A stretch of DNA of 64,000 nucleotides, taken from the NCBI RefSeq assembly GCF_009914755.1, contig NC_060941.1; one strand, given 5' to 3'. This DNA comes from the human T2T-CHM13v2.0 reference genome, Homo sapiens. The notes under the pieces were generated by a model that was given only the letters and a program-made list of their open reading frames with translations, made no database searches and had not been told where the DNA came from. The translations under genes and the position numbers were made by a program. Positions 34,385-48,089 of this stretch are shown one piece after another; the first letter of the stretch is position 1, and each line of letters opens with the position of its first letter.

Positions 34385-35169
34385 GTCAGTGTATTTATTT
34401 AAGTCATGTTGGAACTGTTTCTCATTTGGTTCTGTGTTGTACAGTCTGAAATTAGAATATTATTGTTAACCTCAAGAGGATTCTTTCCAGATGCAATTAG
34501 ATTTCTTACCACTGATTACCATGAAAACATGAATCCTGGGATGGGAGGCTGCGTGCACCTCTCCTGGACTGACTCTAGGCAAGCTCCTCACCTCTTAGCA
34601 TGTAGGTCACACGGCGTGGAGACTCCCGACTCCCGACAGACACTGTCAGGAACGCACCGATACGCCTGTTTGGCGGGGAGGGAGAGTGGCGGGGGTTGGA
34701 CTATCTTCAGATCTCTTTTTTTCCAAGGAATGGTCACCAGCTATTTATGACATAGAAAAGTTGGTATTCCAGAAACAGGAAAGTAAGTTTACTTGAATAA
34801 TTTCGTGGAGAATGGAAGGCAGACCTTGCCAGTGTCCCCCACCCCTCACTAACTGTGATACAGCAAATACAACAATGCATGGGTGAAAGAACCACAGGCC
34901 TTATCCATGCGTCCTTCCCACGCTGGCCATTGCAGGTCTTACCGTTGCTGCTTATGGTGAAGCTGTCGATGGGCATAGAATCGGGTCGTGTATAGTATCG
35001 GGTTGGGTGGTTTCTGCGCAGGCCCATTCCAGGGTTTCGGCTTCAGGGTGCCAGTCATTCATTGCGCAGCAAGATAATGACAAGCCAGGGTGTGCAATGT
35101 CCCTGCTTAGGGCTGAGCAGCAGCCGGGAAAGACACAAAGACAGTTGTGGGTGGCTTCACTCTTCACAG

Positions 35170-35289
35170 GGCTGTGGCAGTCTGTCCACATCGATGACCT
35201 CCGGAGATCCACCCTCATGGTTTCTGATGTGACCAGGCTGCAGCATGTCACCATCAGCCAGCTGTTCGCGCCCGGAGACTTGCCTGAGC
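35170..35289 (+). CDS. RNF213: RNF213 exon 33 (GLWQSVHIDDL...GDLPE)
   Basis: cttcacag|GG, GAGC|gtgagt, 120 nt. Confidence 0.96.
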
Positions 35290-35741
35290 GTGAGTCACGA
35301 GGCGGAGCCCCTGGGGGAGCAGGTGGTGGAAGGGCAGATGGCAGGTGTGGAGCGTGGCGTGCACATGGCACTAGGAGCAGGGCCACCGTGTTTCGTCCCT
35401 CGGCAGGAGCTCGGGGACACATCTGCAGAACTGACTGGTGGCTCATCATAGAGCACCAGGGCCGAGCAGGTGCGCTTACCACAGGCTGAGGTAGAGCTCT
35501 GTGAGCAGGCCAGCCATGGAAGTGAGCACCTAGAACACGCCAGAGCCCAGGCTGGAAGGAAGGGGCTGCCTTGGGGGCTGATCTTCATGACCGTGATCTC
35601 TCATCTGGGGACCTAGCACCACAGCAGGGGCCGGGGAAGCCTGCACTCGGAGGCTGAGAACACAGACTCCCAGATGGCACCGCTGCCAGTCCCTGTGCCA
35701 CCTTCTGAGTGGTAACGCAATCACGTTTGCTTCGACTGCAG

Positions 35742-35896
35742 TGGGCTTGGAACACCGGGCGGAAGACGGCCATGAGGAGGCGATGGAAACGGAGGCCAGC
35801 ACATCAGGGGAGGTGGCAGAGGTGGCAGAGGAGGCCATGGAAACAGAAAGTTCTGAGAAGGTGGGAAAGGAAACCTCTGAACTCGGAGGCAGTGAT
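35742..35896 (+). CDS. RNF213: RNF213 exon 34 (LGLEHRAE...ELGGSD), acidic linker
   Basis: gactgcag|TG, GAT|gtaagt, 155 nt. Confidence 0.94.
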
Positions 35897-36248
35897 GTAA
35901 GTTCTGGTTCTTGGGACCTCCCCTTGTGCTGCTGGTGATGCTTCTGAGCTGCATCTTTAAACGCTTTTGCATTGGGAGCTAGAGGAGTCGCCGCCGCTGT
36001 GCAGGGGTGAGGATGGCGCCCCACTTTCCTCACACAGTGACGGTCTTGTTGCTGGTTACTGGGGGTCAAGGGCATCTGCACCGGCAGTTTGGGGGGTGCA
36101 GGGCGGAGGTCGGCGTCTCTTCTTTGTCCGTGAGGACCACCGCCCTGTGCTGTTTGCTGCATTGAGACCCTCATTGCATACGGGCGGTTTGGCTTTTGCC
36201 CACTGTGTCAGTGGCAGAAACGGATGACCCAACCGTCTCCACCAACAG

Positions 36249-36396
36249 GTGTCGATCCTGGACACCACCAGGCTGCTGAGAAGCTGTGTGCAGAGCGCCG
36301 TGGGCATGCTCAGAGACCAGAACGAGAGCTGCACGCGCAATATGCGGAGGGTGGTGCTCCTCCTGGGCCTCTTGAATGAGGATGACGCGTGCCACG
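36249..36396 (+). CDS. RNF213: RNF213 exon 35 (VSILDTTR...DDACH)
   Basis: ccaacag|GTG, CACG|gtatga, 148 nt. Confidence 0.95.
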
Positions 36397-36670
36397 GTAT
36401 GAGCCTCCCCACCCCTCTTGCCCCTGCCCCCACGTGGGCTCTTCCTGAGGAGTGGGCATCATTTCACTGTGTGTTGGGGGACACCCTCTCAGGTTTCCAT
36501 GGCTCAGCAGAAGCAGTGACACAGTGGGAATCTAAGAGCATCTCTCAGATTTTGCTCTAGAATTGGCCTGGCCAACGGACTTCCCTTCCTGGGGGAGGTG
36601 GGACAGAAGCACTCCGGAGCCAACAGCTCAGCCACGGCCATGCTGAACGTCTGTTTCTGCCTTTGTACAG

Positions 36671-36806
36671 CCTCTTTCTTGCGGGTATCCAAGATGCGCC
36701 TCAGTGTCTTTTTAAAGAAGCAAGAAGAGAGCCAGTTTCACCCTCTGGAGTGGTTGGCAAGGGAAGCCTGCAACCAGGACGCTCTCCAGGAGGCGGGCAC
36801 ATTCAG
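36671..36806 (+). CDS. RNF213: RNF213 exon 36 (ASFLRVSK...EAGTF)
   Basis: ttgtacag|CC, AG|gtactg, 136 nt. Confidence 0.96.
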
Positions 36807-37536
36807 GTACTGTGACTAAAGGAAGCAAGGAGTGGCTCCAATCTGGTGGCAGCATGGGGACCTGCCTGCAGGGATCCTCTCTCCATCCGGGCCATGGGGA
36901 CTGAGCTGTTTCTTTCCAAACCTCTCAGCCATTCAAAGCTGTAAAGTTTTTCCCCAAGAAGCACACAGTAGGTCTGGACAGTGGCCAAATGGCAGGTGCT
37001 GGACTCTTCCTCTAATTTCGTGTTTACAGTTTTTCATACTAAAAACTTAAAAAAAGTAAAACATCTGTTCTTAGAGTAGAACATTTACCGACATTCATGT
37101 TGATAACCCTAGAAAGGGCTGCTGTTTTCAGTCATGAAGTTAAAATGACGTGCAGAGCAGGCAGGGGACAGGCGGGATTTTCCCAGTCCTGCTGTTTGAA
37201 GAATGGTAACAGCAAAACCAGGACCCAGCAGTATATTCACTGCCATGGTTATTTTTCTGTCACCCATGAGACTAACCTTGATTATCTTGGATGTGGCCGT
37301 GTATTGAGGAAGGAGGGGTGCTCTGGGCCCCAGACAGAGGGTCTCTTTAAGACAGACTCTCAGACCTCCTGCCTGAAAGCCTAAGAAACCAGTGACTTGG
37401 TTATTTGGGCCCAGTTTTCCCATCTCTAAAAGACAGCGGACTCCTCCATGAGTCCCCTTCCAGGTCCAAGCTTCTGTGCCAGTGATAGGTTCGCTTTGGG
37501 CCTACAGCCAGGTGTGATCTGCAGGAGGGAACGTGA

Positions 37537-37720
37537 GGAAGAAGCGGGGTGAACGGTAATGGGGGCTTACAGGGGAAGAAGCGGGGTGGACGGGAATGGG
37601 GGCTCACGGAGGAAGAAGCGGGGTGAATGGGAATGGGGGCTCATGGAGGAAAAAGCGGGGTGACCGGGAATGGGGGCTTACAGGGGAAGAAGCGGGGTGA
37701 ACGGGAATGGGGACTTACAG
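37537..37720 (+). repeat. Minisatellite, 5 x 37 bp (ggaagaagcggggtgaacgggaatgggggcttacagg)
   Basis: Units start at 37537, 37574, 37611, 37648, 37685. Confidence 0.95.
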
Positions 37721-37868
37721 ACACCTTCCTCGTGACCAGAGATTTTCTGATTCTACTTTTTCTCTAGTTATCCTTCGTTTCTCTCCTTGTCACGCCTTCT
37801 GAAGGGATTTTAGGAGATCAGAAATATTTTCATTTCCCTCCGTTCCTCCTTGTGGACTCTCTTGATGC

Positions 37869-38164
37869 TTTTTTTTTTTTTGAGACGGAGTCTCACTCTG
37901 TCGCCCAGGCTGGAGTGCAGTGATGCGATCTCAGCTCACTGAAACTTCCACCTCCTGGGTTCAAGCGATTCTCCTGCCTCAGACTCCTGAGTAGCTGAGA
38001 CTATAGGCACCCACCACCACACCCAGCTACTTTTGGTATTTTTAGTAGAGGCGAGATTTCACCATGTTGGCCAGGCTGGTCTCAAACTCCTGACCTCAGG
38101 TGATCCACTCGCCTCAGCCTCCCGAAGTGCTGGGATTCCAGGCGTGAGCCAGTGTGCCCGGCCT
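37869..38164 (-). mobile_element. Alu (AluS)
   Basis: Alu consensus. Confidence 0.92.
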
Positions 38165-38450
38165 GTTGATGCTTTTGAATCCCTGACTCCACTCCCCGGG
38201 ACCAGCCCTGAGTCACTGAACCTCCTCAGTCTGCTCTTCCCCACTCTGCTGTTCACGCAGCACTAGGCCTGGCTCCGTCGTGTTCTGTGGTCACCGTGAG
38301 GCCTGCGCAGCCGCTGAGTGGTGGCCAGACCCGCACCCTCAGCTCACCTGCCCCAGGGCCAGCAGCACCCTGACTACCTCGATTCACCACCACTGTGTTC
38401 TGGGGACTGGAGTCCTTTGCCCTCTCGGGATTAAACAGCCCAAATCCTGA

Positions 38451-39078
<628 letters not shown>

Positions 39079-39195
39079 CCTTTTAATTCTTATCCTTTAC
39101 ACAAGAATTTTGAAATAGAGCTATTATTGTTACATGTAAATATATACAACAAAATATATATAACAACAAAATGTCTTGTAGTTAACCAATTATCT

Positions 39196-39290
39196 TTCTG
39201 TCTGCCTATCTGTGCATTCATCCATCCCTCCGCCTGCCTGTCCATCCACCCATCTGTCCGTCCGCCCATCTATCCATCCACCTGTCTATC
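39196..39290. repeat. (TCCA/TCTG)n degenerate tetranucleotide repeat
   Basis: Read directly. Confidence 0.8.
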
Positions 39291-39559
39291 AGACACTCAG
39301 ATCTAGTGTACAAAAACATCAACAGGAACAAATACTTAGTTCCAGATAAACATGTGCCTTCTTGTTTAGTTTGATCTGGGACAAATTCATTTTGGTCTCT
39401 TCATCTGTATTATAGTCTATCTACAACAGATTTTTAAAATATTTATTTTTTCCAAATGAATCGTCATAATTTTATTTATTTAGAGAACCTCGATGACTTG
39501 TTCTGAAAAATAGTTACATACAAAAATTATGCAGCCTTGCAAAAAATAAAGCAGATAAG

Positions 39560-39872
39560 TGCGGTGGCTCACACCTGTAATCCCAATACTTTGGGAGGCC
39601 AAGGCGGGAGGATTACTTGTGCCCAGGAGTTTGAGACCAGCCAGCTAGGGCAACATAGTGAGACCCCATCTCAACAAAAAATAAAATAAAATTTAAAAAT
39701 TAGCTGGGCGTGGTGGCACTGGGTGTGTTGTTCCTGTCTACTTGCACGGCTGAGGTGGGAGGATCGTTTGAGCCCAGGTATTCCAGGTTATGACGATCTA
39801 TGATTGTGTCACTACACCGCAGTTGGCGTGACAGAGTGAGACCCTCACATACATGTTTTAAAAATAAAAAAG
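39560..39872 (+). mobile_element. AluJ
   Basis: Diverged Alu consensus. Confidence 0.85.
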
Positions 39873-40150
39873 CAAACACTACTTCACCCTTCCAGTAACC
39901 TAATGACAGTTTATTAGATGTAGAATTAAGTTCCATTCCAGTTCCGTCTCTAATCTTAGACATCTTTGTGAGTCTGTTTTCTAGGACTTAAAAATGATGG
40001 AAATGTCAAGTTATTGCTGTCGCTGTAGTGTGGTAAATAGTAGACTAGTTGTTTTGTTAATGCTCAAGAAGGAACAAAATGTCAAAAGGTGGCAGACCGC
40101 CACTCTGGTTCCTCTGACCCGTGGTGGCCCATCTCTCTTCTGTGCTGCAG

Positions 40151-40342
40151 GCACACCCTCTGGAAGCGGGTCCAAGGTGCTGTCACCCCTCTGCTGGCGA
40201 GCATGATATCATTCATCGACAGAGACGGCAACCTAGAGTTACTGACCAGGCCAGATACTCCGCCCTGGGCAAGAGATCTTTGGATGTTTATTTTCAGTGA
40301 CACGATGCTTCTGAACATTCCTCTTGTGATGAATAATGAAAG
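40151..40342 (+). CDS. RNF213: RNF213 exon 37 (HTLWKRVQ...VMNNE)
   Basis: tgctgcag|G, AG|gtgagt, 192 nt. Confidence 0.96.
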
Positions 40343-40491
40343 GTGAGTGGAAGGCTTTCTTTCCCTGGGGAGAGAAACTATCAGAACACAGCAGGACCCT
40401 AATATGCTCTCCCAAGTGCTGGGTGAAACGCAGCCCTCAACTTCAGAGCAACGTTGACGTGGGTGCTTTCTGCAGTAACAATAGGAAGTTT

Positions 40492-40845
<354 letters not shown>

Positions 40846-41106
40846 TCAGAGCACTGGTTCTAGCCAGACCCAGCATGGCGTGACACGGAGACAGTGCGCT
40901 GCGAACAGCCCCACAATCTGTGCTCCTTACCCCTGGGATCTGTGCTCCCTCCCCGTCCCTCATTCCCTGGTGGAGCTGCACAGCCCCCACCCCCTTCCGC
41001 AGGCCTGATGATGTGCGGCTCAGGCTCAGCTCCCAATAGCTTCCACTTCAGCTTTCAGGGGCTTCAATTCTGGATGTAGATTTATAAAGAATATAGAAAT
41101 AAATGT

Positions 41107-41505
41107 GCCCAGGCTCGGTGGCTCATGCCTATAACCCCAGCAATTTAGTAGGCTGAGGCAGGAAAGTTTCTTGAACCCAGGGGTTGAAGACCAGCTTGGG
41201 CAACATAGTGAGACCCCATCACTACAAAAAATTTAAAAATTAGGCATAACGTGGTGCGCACCTGTAGTCCCAGCTACTCTAGAAGCTGAGGCGGGAGGAT
41301 TGCTTGAGCCCAGGAGTTTGAGGTGAGATAGGATCACACCACTCACTGCACTCTAGCCTGGGTGACAGAGTGAGACTCTATCTCAAAAAAAAAAAAAAAA
41401 AAAAAAAAAAGAGTGAGAGAGGGAGGGAGACAGAAGGAAGAAAGAGAAAGAAAGAGCGAGAGAAAGAAAGAAAGTAAAGAAAGAAAGAGCGAGAGAAAGA
41501 AAGAA
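41107..41505 (+). mobile_element. AluJ with long A tail and GA-rich tract
   Basis: Alu consensus to about 41410, then (GAAA)n. Confidence 0.88.
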
Positions 41506-41914
41506 ATGGAATTTGAATTGCCAGTGGAAACACTTATTTAAAAGACAAGGCGCTGCTGATGTTCATGAAGCAAAGACTCTAACAAGTTGTGCTCTGTGTT
41601 ACAAGTTATCAAAGCCAGACAGGTTCAGGAACCAGAAGACTTGGTTCTGCCCGAGATTTTGGGCAACACACTTGACCCCTGTCAGCCTTGGTTTGTTTTT
41701 GTTTTGCCTGTGAAACAAAGATTGCATAAGACAGTTCCCTAGTTCTGTCATAACAGAAACCCTGTACTGTGAAACAGATCAGCGCCGTCTGCCTGGCCTG
41801 TTGGCCCCTTTGTTTTTGAGGTCTGAGAAGAGCTGGCATCAGTGGCAGATCTTATCTTGTGTTTTGAGTGACGTCTCACAAACCCTCTTCTTATCATCCC
41901 TCACCTTATTGCAG

Positions 41915-42060
41915 ACATAAAGGTGAGATGGCCTACATCGTGGTGCAGAACCACATGAACCTTTCCGAGAACGCTTCCAACAACGTCCCTTTCAGCTGGA
42001 AAATCAAGGACTATCTGGAGGAGCTGTGGGTCCAGGCTCAGTACATCACAGACGCAGAAG
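41915..42060 (+). CDS. RNF213: RNF213 exon 38 (HKGEMAYI...ITDAE)
   Basis: tattgcag|A, GAAG|gtgagg, 146 nt. Confidence 0.96.
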
Positions 42061-43102
42061 GTGAGGCTACCTCAAGACAGGTCAGATTCAGCACAGGTGA
42101 ATCACAAAGGGATTGCCTGACAGTGAAAAGCAGATGGGTGGCTAGAATTGCAAGGTGAATTTTGGAGTTTTTAGTTTTCACACTTTGTTTGTGCAGTAAG
42201 CGTCCAATTTACGTCACCGCGTCATTTTAAAGTTTCTGCTGAAGGAGTGAGAGGCCCCGACGGGACCAGAAACCTTTCGATCCTATGGCAGCAGGAGCCT
42301 GTGAGATGGTTTTTAGTGCCGTGATGGCCAGGGATATGGCGAAATGGGGTGTGTTCTGGCAAGAGGAGGACTGTCGCCTCTATCAGCTGGTCATTCCCAT
42401 TCTGGGCCTTCTCAGACTGGGGCACTGGACTCGGAAGATGCCCCCAGGAGAGGCGTTCTCAGAAGGCACGAGCGCCTGGAGCATCCCCTACTCCCAGGTG
42501 CCCCATCAGGAGGCACCTCCCAGCTGTGTCTCCCGAGTCACAGCCCAGACACAGTGCTGAGCTCTGCTGCCAGATGCCAGAAGATTTGCCCTAGTCCAGA
42601 AAAACCAACGACAACGCAACACTTTTACAAAAGCCATCTTTCATACATGCAATAGTCTTTTCCACGTTTACTTATCGTACCATTTGGAAGACTCAGGGTG
42701 GCCTTCTTTTCTAGGTTACCATTCTGCCACTTTTTCTCAAAGCAGTCTCTCTCCTCATGAGCATATTCCTTTCTCAGGACAATACCCCAACTGACCCTGC
42801 TTTTCTATGACAGCATGCGAATTAGGGGCTGCACCCCGCCCACTAGAAGCCAGATCTTTCTGGCTTGCATGCTCTGTGACCCCCAGCCCCTGAAGAGCAG
42901 CCCACTTGTTCCTAATTTACTTGGACCCGGGGGTTCCTGAAGCATGCTGTGACCTGTAGCCATGCAACATACAATGTAGCCATGCAACATACAACTCAGT
43001 CTTATCTAGATGTTTCTCTTTGGGGCTAGCTTGGCTGTTTCTGACCTAAATTTGACACTGTTTCCGCCTTCCTTTATTTTATTCCACTGGAAAAATATCC
43101 TA

Positions 43103-43411
<309 letters not shown>

Positions 43412-43587
43412 CTAGACAGTGACTATTCCTTCAATTCCCTACAAAATCAGGCAGTTGGTACCCCTTTGTCTACGAGCTCCCATTCAACAAGGCGTCCCCA
43501 TTCCCCTTCACTCCGGAGCCCCCTGGAGGCAGGGGAGCGCCATGACTTAGACGCACTCCAGGCCGCTCCTTGGTTTCCTCTCTGCAG

Positions 43588-43742
43588 GACTGCCCAAGAA
43601 GTTCGTGGACATCTTTCAGCAGACTCCTCTGGGCAGGTTTCTTGCCCAGCTCCATGGAGAGCCGCAGCAGGAACTTCTTCAGTGTTACTTGAAGGATTTC
43701 ATTCTCTTGACCATGCGTGTGTCAACGGAGGAGGAATTAAAG
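43588..43742 (+). CDS. RNF213: RNF213 exon 39 (GLPKKFVD...EEELK)
   Basis: ctctgcag|GA, AAG|gtagat, 155 nt. Confidence 0.96.
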
Positions 43743-44079
43743 GTAGATGTTTAGATACTGGCTAAGGGTCAGGTGTAGAGCTTGCATGATGGGGACTGGA
43801 TGCAGACACGGAGACGTTTCCTCAGCTGCCTGGAGCTGGTGCTGTGAAGTCTGGGAACAGAACATGGTCAGCGAAGGGTGCCGGTGGGTGAAGGGGTCGC
43901 CCAGTCTCCTCTCAATATTCAGTGCTACACCCTCAGTCCACCGCCCAGGGGCTCCTAAAACACGGAGCTTTCTGTGAACATGAGAAGACCTCCAATTTCC
44001 TTGACATAGCTTCTTTTTAAATGTTGAGTTTCTCTTGAAAAAAATTAAATACGTAACTAACCCTACAGGGTAAGAATAA

Positions 44080-44900
44080 ACAAGTGAAATTCAATAGAAA
44101 GTCATACTTTTGACTACCTAAAAATTTTAAACTTCAGTACATAAAAAAGGAGAGTGACAAATTTAAGAACATCCTTACAGCTAATATGACTAGAGGTTAA
44201 TATTCTTAGGAATCAATAAGAAAATACCCTAAGTTTTAAAAAATGGGTAAACGTTATAAAACAACAATTTTATAATCTCATTAAGCATATCAACATCCAG
44301 GAAACATTTGAAAAATTGCTTAGCCTTACTATTAATAGCAAATCAACACAACAGTTTTTAGATATCATGTTTACGTATTCATTTTGCAAAGCTGATTTTT
44401 AAAAACAACAGCCGCCGGCCAGTGCTGCAAAGAAATAGCCAGGCCACGCGGCTGACAGTGTAGCGTGCACAGTGGGCGCCCTGCAGGGCTGCGTGGCAGA
44501 ACAGTTGAGCACCTTATCCGATCTGAACTGCTGACTCTGTCCTGAGGAAACTACTGGAGATGTGGACAAATATTTGGTTCACAGGGATGTCCTTTTCAGC
44601 TTTGCTTCGAAAAATAAGAAATAGTTTAATTGTCCGGAAATACAGGATGGGCAAATTAAAGTATGGCCGTATGATGGGTTATTGAGCAGCCATTAAAACC
44701 ATGTTTTTCAAGTATACTCAGTCATAGGGAAAGTTCATGATGTCATGTTCAGTGGCAAAAAGCCCAGACGACACGGTGACCTTAACGTGGGAGGAGAGGC
44801 AGATAGAAAACTGGACAGAAGCAAACGGGACAGAATAGCACACATGGTTTCTAATTTCCTCTTTTATGGTTTTCCAATAGTTCGGATTTCCCACGGGGAA
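44080..44900 (+). mobile_element. Ancient L1 (L1ME-like) remnant
   Basis: Degenerate L1 3' motifs (aaaattttaaacttc, aaaaatggg, gcagccattaaaa). Confidence 0.5.
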
Positions 44901-44955
44901 AACATACCATTTTTGTAATTTAAAAATATATTCTAAAAGCTTTTTTGAATCCCAG

Positions 44956-45168
44956 TTTCTGCAGATGGCTCTGTGGTCCTGCACTAGGAAACTGAAAGCG
45001 GCGTCAGAAGCGCCCGAGGAAGAGGTTTCCTTACCGTGGGTGCACCTTGCCTACCAGCGTTTCAGAAGCCGTCTGCAGAACTTTTCCAGAATCCTGACCA
45101 TCTACCCTCAGGTTCTCCACAGCCTGATGGAAGCCCGTTGGAACCATGAGCTGGCTGGATGTGAGATG
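44956..45168 (+). CDS. RNF213: RNF213 exon 40 (FLQMALWS...AGCEM)
   Basis: aatcccag|TTT, ATG|gtatgg, 213 nt. Confidence 0.93.
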
Positions 45169-45462
45169 GTATGGCCCTCCTCCGCCTGCCCTGAGCAAGC
45201 CTTGTGGTGCTTCCAACTCCACTCTGGGAATGGAGAGCTTCTGGGGCTGTGTTCCAAGTGGGAGATTTCTTCACAAGGCACATACCTTAGCTGAATTCAG
45301 AGATGTTAAGGACACATCTCGCTGACGCTTCTCACATCCTAGACAATGAAAGTTTAGGTCGCAAGCCTGGGACACAAGTATACATGCAGCTAACAGCCGG
45401 GGCCTCTGGTGGGCCGGTGGGAGGGGCACCGCTCAGCCACGCCCTGCTGTCCGTCTCCCCAG

Positions 45463-45644
45463 ACCCTGGACGCATTTGCCGCAATGGCCTGCACGGAGAT
45501 GCTGACAAGAAACACCCTGAAGCCCAGTCCCCAGGCGTGGCTACAGTTGGTGAAGAATCTTTCCATGCCGCTGGAGCTCATCTGCTCCGATGAGCACATG
45601 CAAGGCAGCGGGAGCCTGGCCCAGGCTGTCATCAGGGAAGTCAG
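45463..45644 (+). CDS. RNF213: RNF213 exon 41 (TLDAFAAM...VIREV)
   Basis: ctccccag|ACC, AG|gtgaga, 182 nt. Confidence 0.96.
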
Positions 45645-46286
45645 GTGAGACCCAGGAGCCCTCACCCACTGCTTCATCTGGCGCGCGCTCACCAGGAGCC
45701 TGCCAAGTGCCAGGCATGTCCATGAGAAGACGGGCAGGTGCTCCTGCCATGGGAGGGGCTCCGTCCTCACCCGTTCACTCCGCATTTGCCGAACCCTTAG
45801 TGAGTGCCAGGCGTCTCATTAGGGTGCTGGAGACACGAGAGGCGGCTGTGCATTCAGGGAGCGCACTGTGTACTGGGGCCGTAGAAAGGCAGACGGGCTA
45901 TTGTGATGCCGTGTGAGAAATGCTGTGGTAGAAAGGACACCCCGGGCGGGCAGGTGCACAGAGCAGGACAGGCCCTCAGGGCCAGAGTCCACTTCCCTAA
46001 AGGTGAGGTGGGACTTGACAGGCGCAGGATCATGCAGTGAGCGGGTTGTGGTGGTACCCCATGCAGAGGCATCACAGTGGGACACCGAGTCCCAGCTAAG
46101 CTGAGCGTCTGAGAGCGAGAGCTGGGGGCGGGCCAGGAAGTATGTCACATAGGGCTTGCTTGTAATCCCAGCCGCTGGGCCTGGACCCCGGGTCCCGCAT
46201 CTCTTCTCCCGTCTCCCTCCTCGTTTCACCCTTGGGTTCCTTGGTGGGAGCCGAGTGAGTGAGTGAGTGGCGCCCTCTTTTGACAG

Positions 46287-46407
46287 AGCCCAGTGGAGTC
46301 GGATTTTCTCCACCGCACTCTTCGTGGAGCACGTGCTCCTAGGAACCGAGAGCCGCGTCCCCGAGTTACAGGGGCTGGTGACCGAGCACGTCTTCTTACT
46401 AGACAAG
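46287..46407 (+). CDS. RNF213: RNF213 exon 42 (AQWSRIFS...FLLDK)
   Basis: ttttgacag|A, AAG|gtgagt, 121 nt. Confidence 0.96.
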
Positions 46408-47249
46408 GTGAGTACTTGGGCTGGCCTCAGCACATGCACGGATCCACCCTTTTCCGAAAGGAAGAACAGCACTGACAGTGATCTGCGGCTGGGAGACGCT
46501 CTTTTGGCTCTGACCGTTTTGTCTAGACATGCAAAGGAAGGTGATTTCATCACTAGGCCATTACATTTTCCATGTTTAATTGTTTAATTATTTACCCTCT
46601 GCTGATTGCTAAGTCAGAGCATATCATTTAGAAGTGATTCCAGGAACTGTGTGCAGAAAGGGGCTGACGCAGGGAACATGCTTGTGAAACCTTCGGCAGG
46701 GATTACCTGGCCTTTGGAGTGACCCCAGAACAGACCACTAGCCTGGCCATCTGTGGAAGCTGTTACCATTTTCATAGTCATGGAGACAAGGATGTCAGAG
46801 AATGCCACCGGGGTTTGGGGTCTTCAAAACAGTGCTGTCAACAGAACCAAGGAACAGGAAGCCACCATGCCTGTCACTCAACACCCTTCATAAAGCTACT
46901 AATGTGGGGTGGTCTGCAGAAAGAAACCTGTGACCCTACAGTGATGCCCCTCTGTGGCCACGCAGTGGTGTCCAGCAACAGTGGCCACTCAGCCAAACAC
47001 AGCCTCAGCCTCTGCCTCACCCGCACCCGTGACCTTCACGTGAGCACATCCAGAGCCCTCACTGCCAGGGGGTCTGGAAGAGGCAGCGCTGGCTGTCCGA
47101 CCTTTGGAGCACAGGAAGGTTTACTAAAAGGAGGCCAGCATGGATGCTGGATGTGTTGACTCTGACCTATCAAAACATCAGCGGCTTAGACACAGTATCA
47201 GCTGATTTCCCACCCAGGATGGGTATGAGCAGCCCAAGGCTAAGGTACC

Positions 47250-47600
47250 AGCTCCCCGGAGGCTGGCACGGAGTCAGGTGCCCACGCTCCTTCTGTCTTG
47301 TCCCTTCATTGTCCCTAATGTTCAGCTTCCACCCCGTGGCCTGGCGTCACAGCCTGTGGGACAGAAAGCAGGGGAGGTAGAGGACAGGCCGTTTTCCTTA
47401 AGAGCCCAATCCCGGACACGCACACGCCACACCAGCTCGTGTCTCGTGGTCCTAAACTTAGGCACTCGGCCTTATCTGGTTGCAAGAAACTGAGGAGTTT
47501 TTCGTGGCATGGTCATGTTCCAGGTGGAACTTGAGTTCTTCTGCTGAAGGAAAAGGCGGAGAGAGGATAGTAGGACACAGCCGGTGCCCCCCTTCCACCC
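47250..47600. mobile_element. Possible MLT1 (ERVL-MaLR) LTR remnant
   Basis: tctgctgaaggaaaaggcggagagaggatagtagg resembles an MLT1 terminus; heavily diverged. Confidence 0.4.
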
Positions 47601-48089
47601 TTTTCCCCACACCCACACAGCATGCAGCCTCTCCAAGTCTCATCATGTCTCGGCGCTCTGGGAGATGCACAGGGCGTTCAGCCAGGTCCAGCGTGGGTCA
47701 TAAGGGCCAGGTGCCCATAAACCCAAAGGTAAAGGAGCTGGCCCCTGCCTGCTCACATGCCCACAGGATTTGGGAGGTTAGGAACGTGGGGAGGGTTTTT
47801 TTTGGCGATAAAATGGCCTCAGAAACTTACTGGGTTTCTGGTTTATTTCCTTCCAGTCAGATCTCTGTGCAGGTAACCACAGCCAAAGACCTAACCTCGT
47901 TAGTTTTCCTGCTGGAAGCCTGACTTGTACCCCTACCCAGCCCCCGCTGAAGAGCAGCCCTTGGGACCATTTGAAACAAGAGGCTTGGGGGAAAGCCCTG
48001 CCTTCCGCCGTGAGGCTGGCTCCCTCGGCCGGGCAGGAAGTTGTCGACGGAACTGCTGCAGGATGGCACGGGTGGGACTGCGGGCATGG

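Noticed and set aside
35530-36174. 214-aa minus-strand ORF
   Set aside because: Its Ser/Ala-rich part is the complement of acidic exon 34 and the rest is GC-rich intron; no support for coding.
37537-37720. 37-bp repeats of CRISPR-like length
   Set aside because: Head-to-tail with no unique spacers, in human DNA: a minisatellite.
45819-46553. 244-aa minus-strand ORF
   Set aside because: Spans exon 42 antisense and GC-rich intron; no motif or homology that I recognise.
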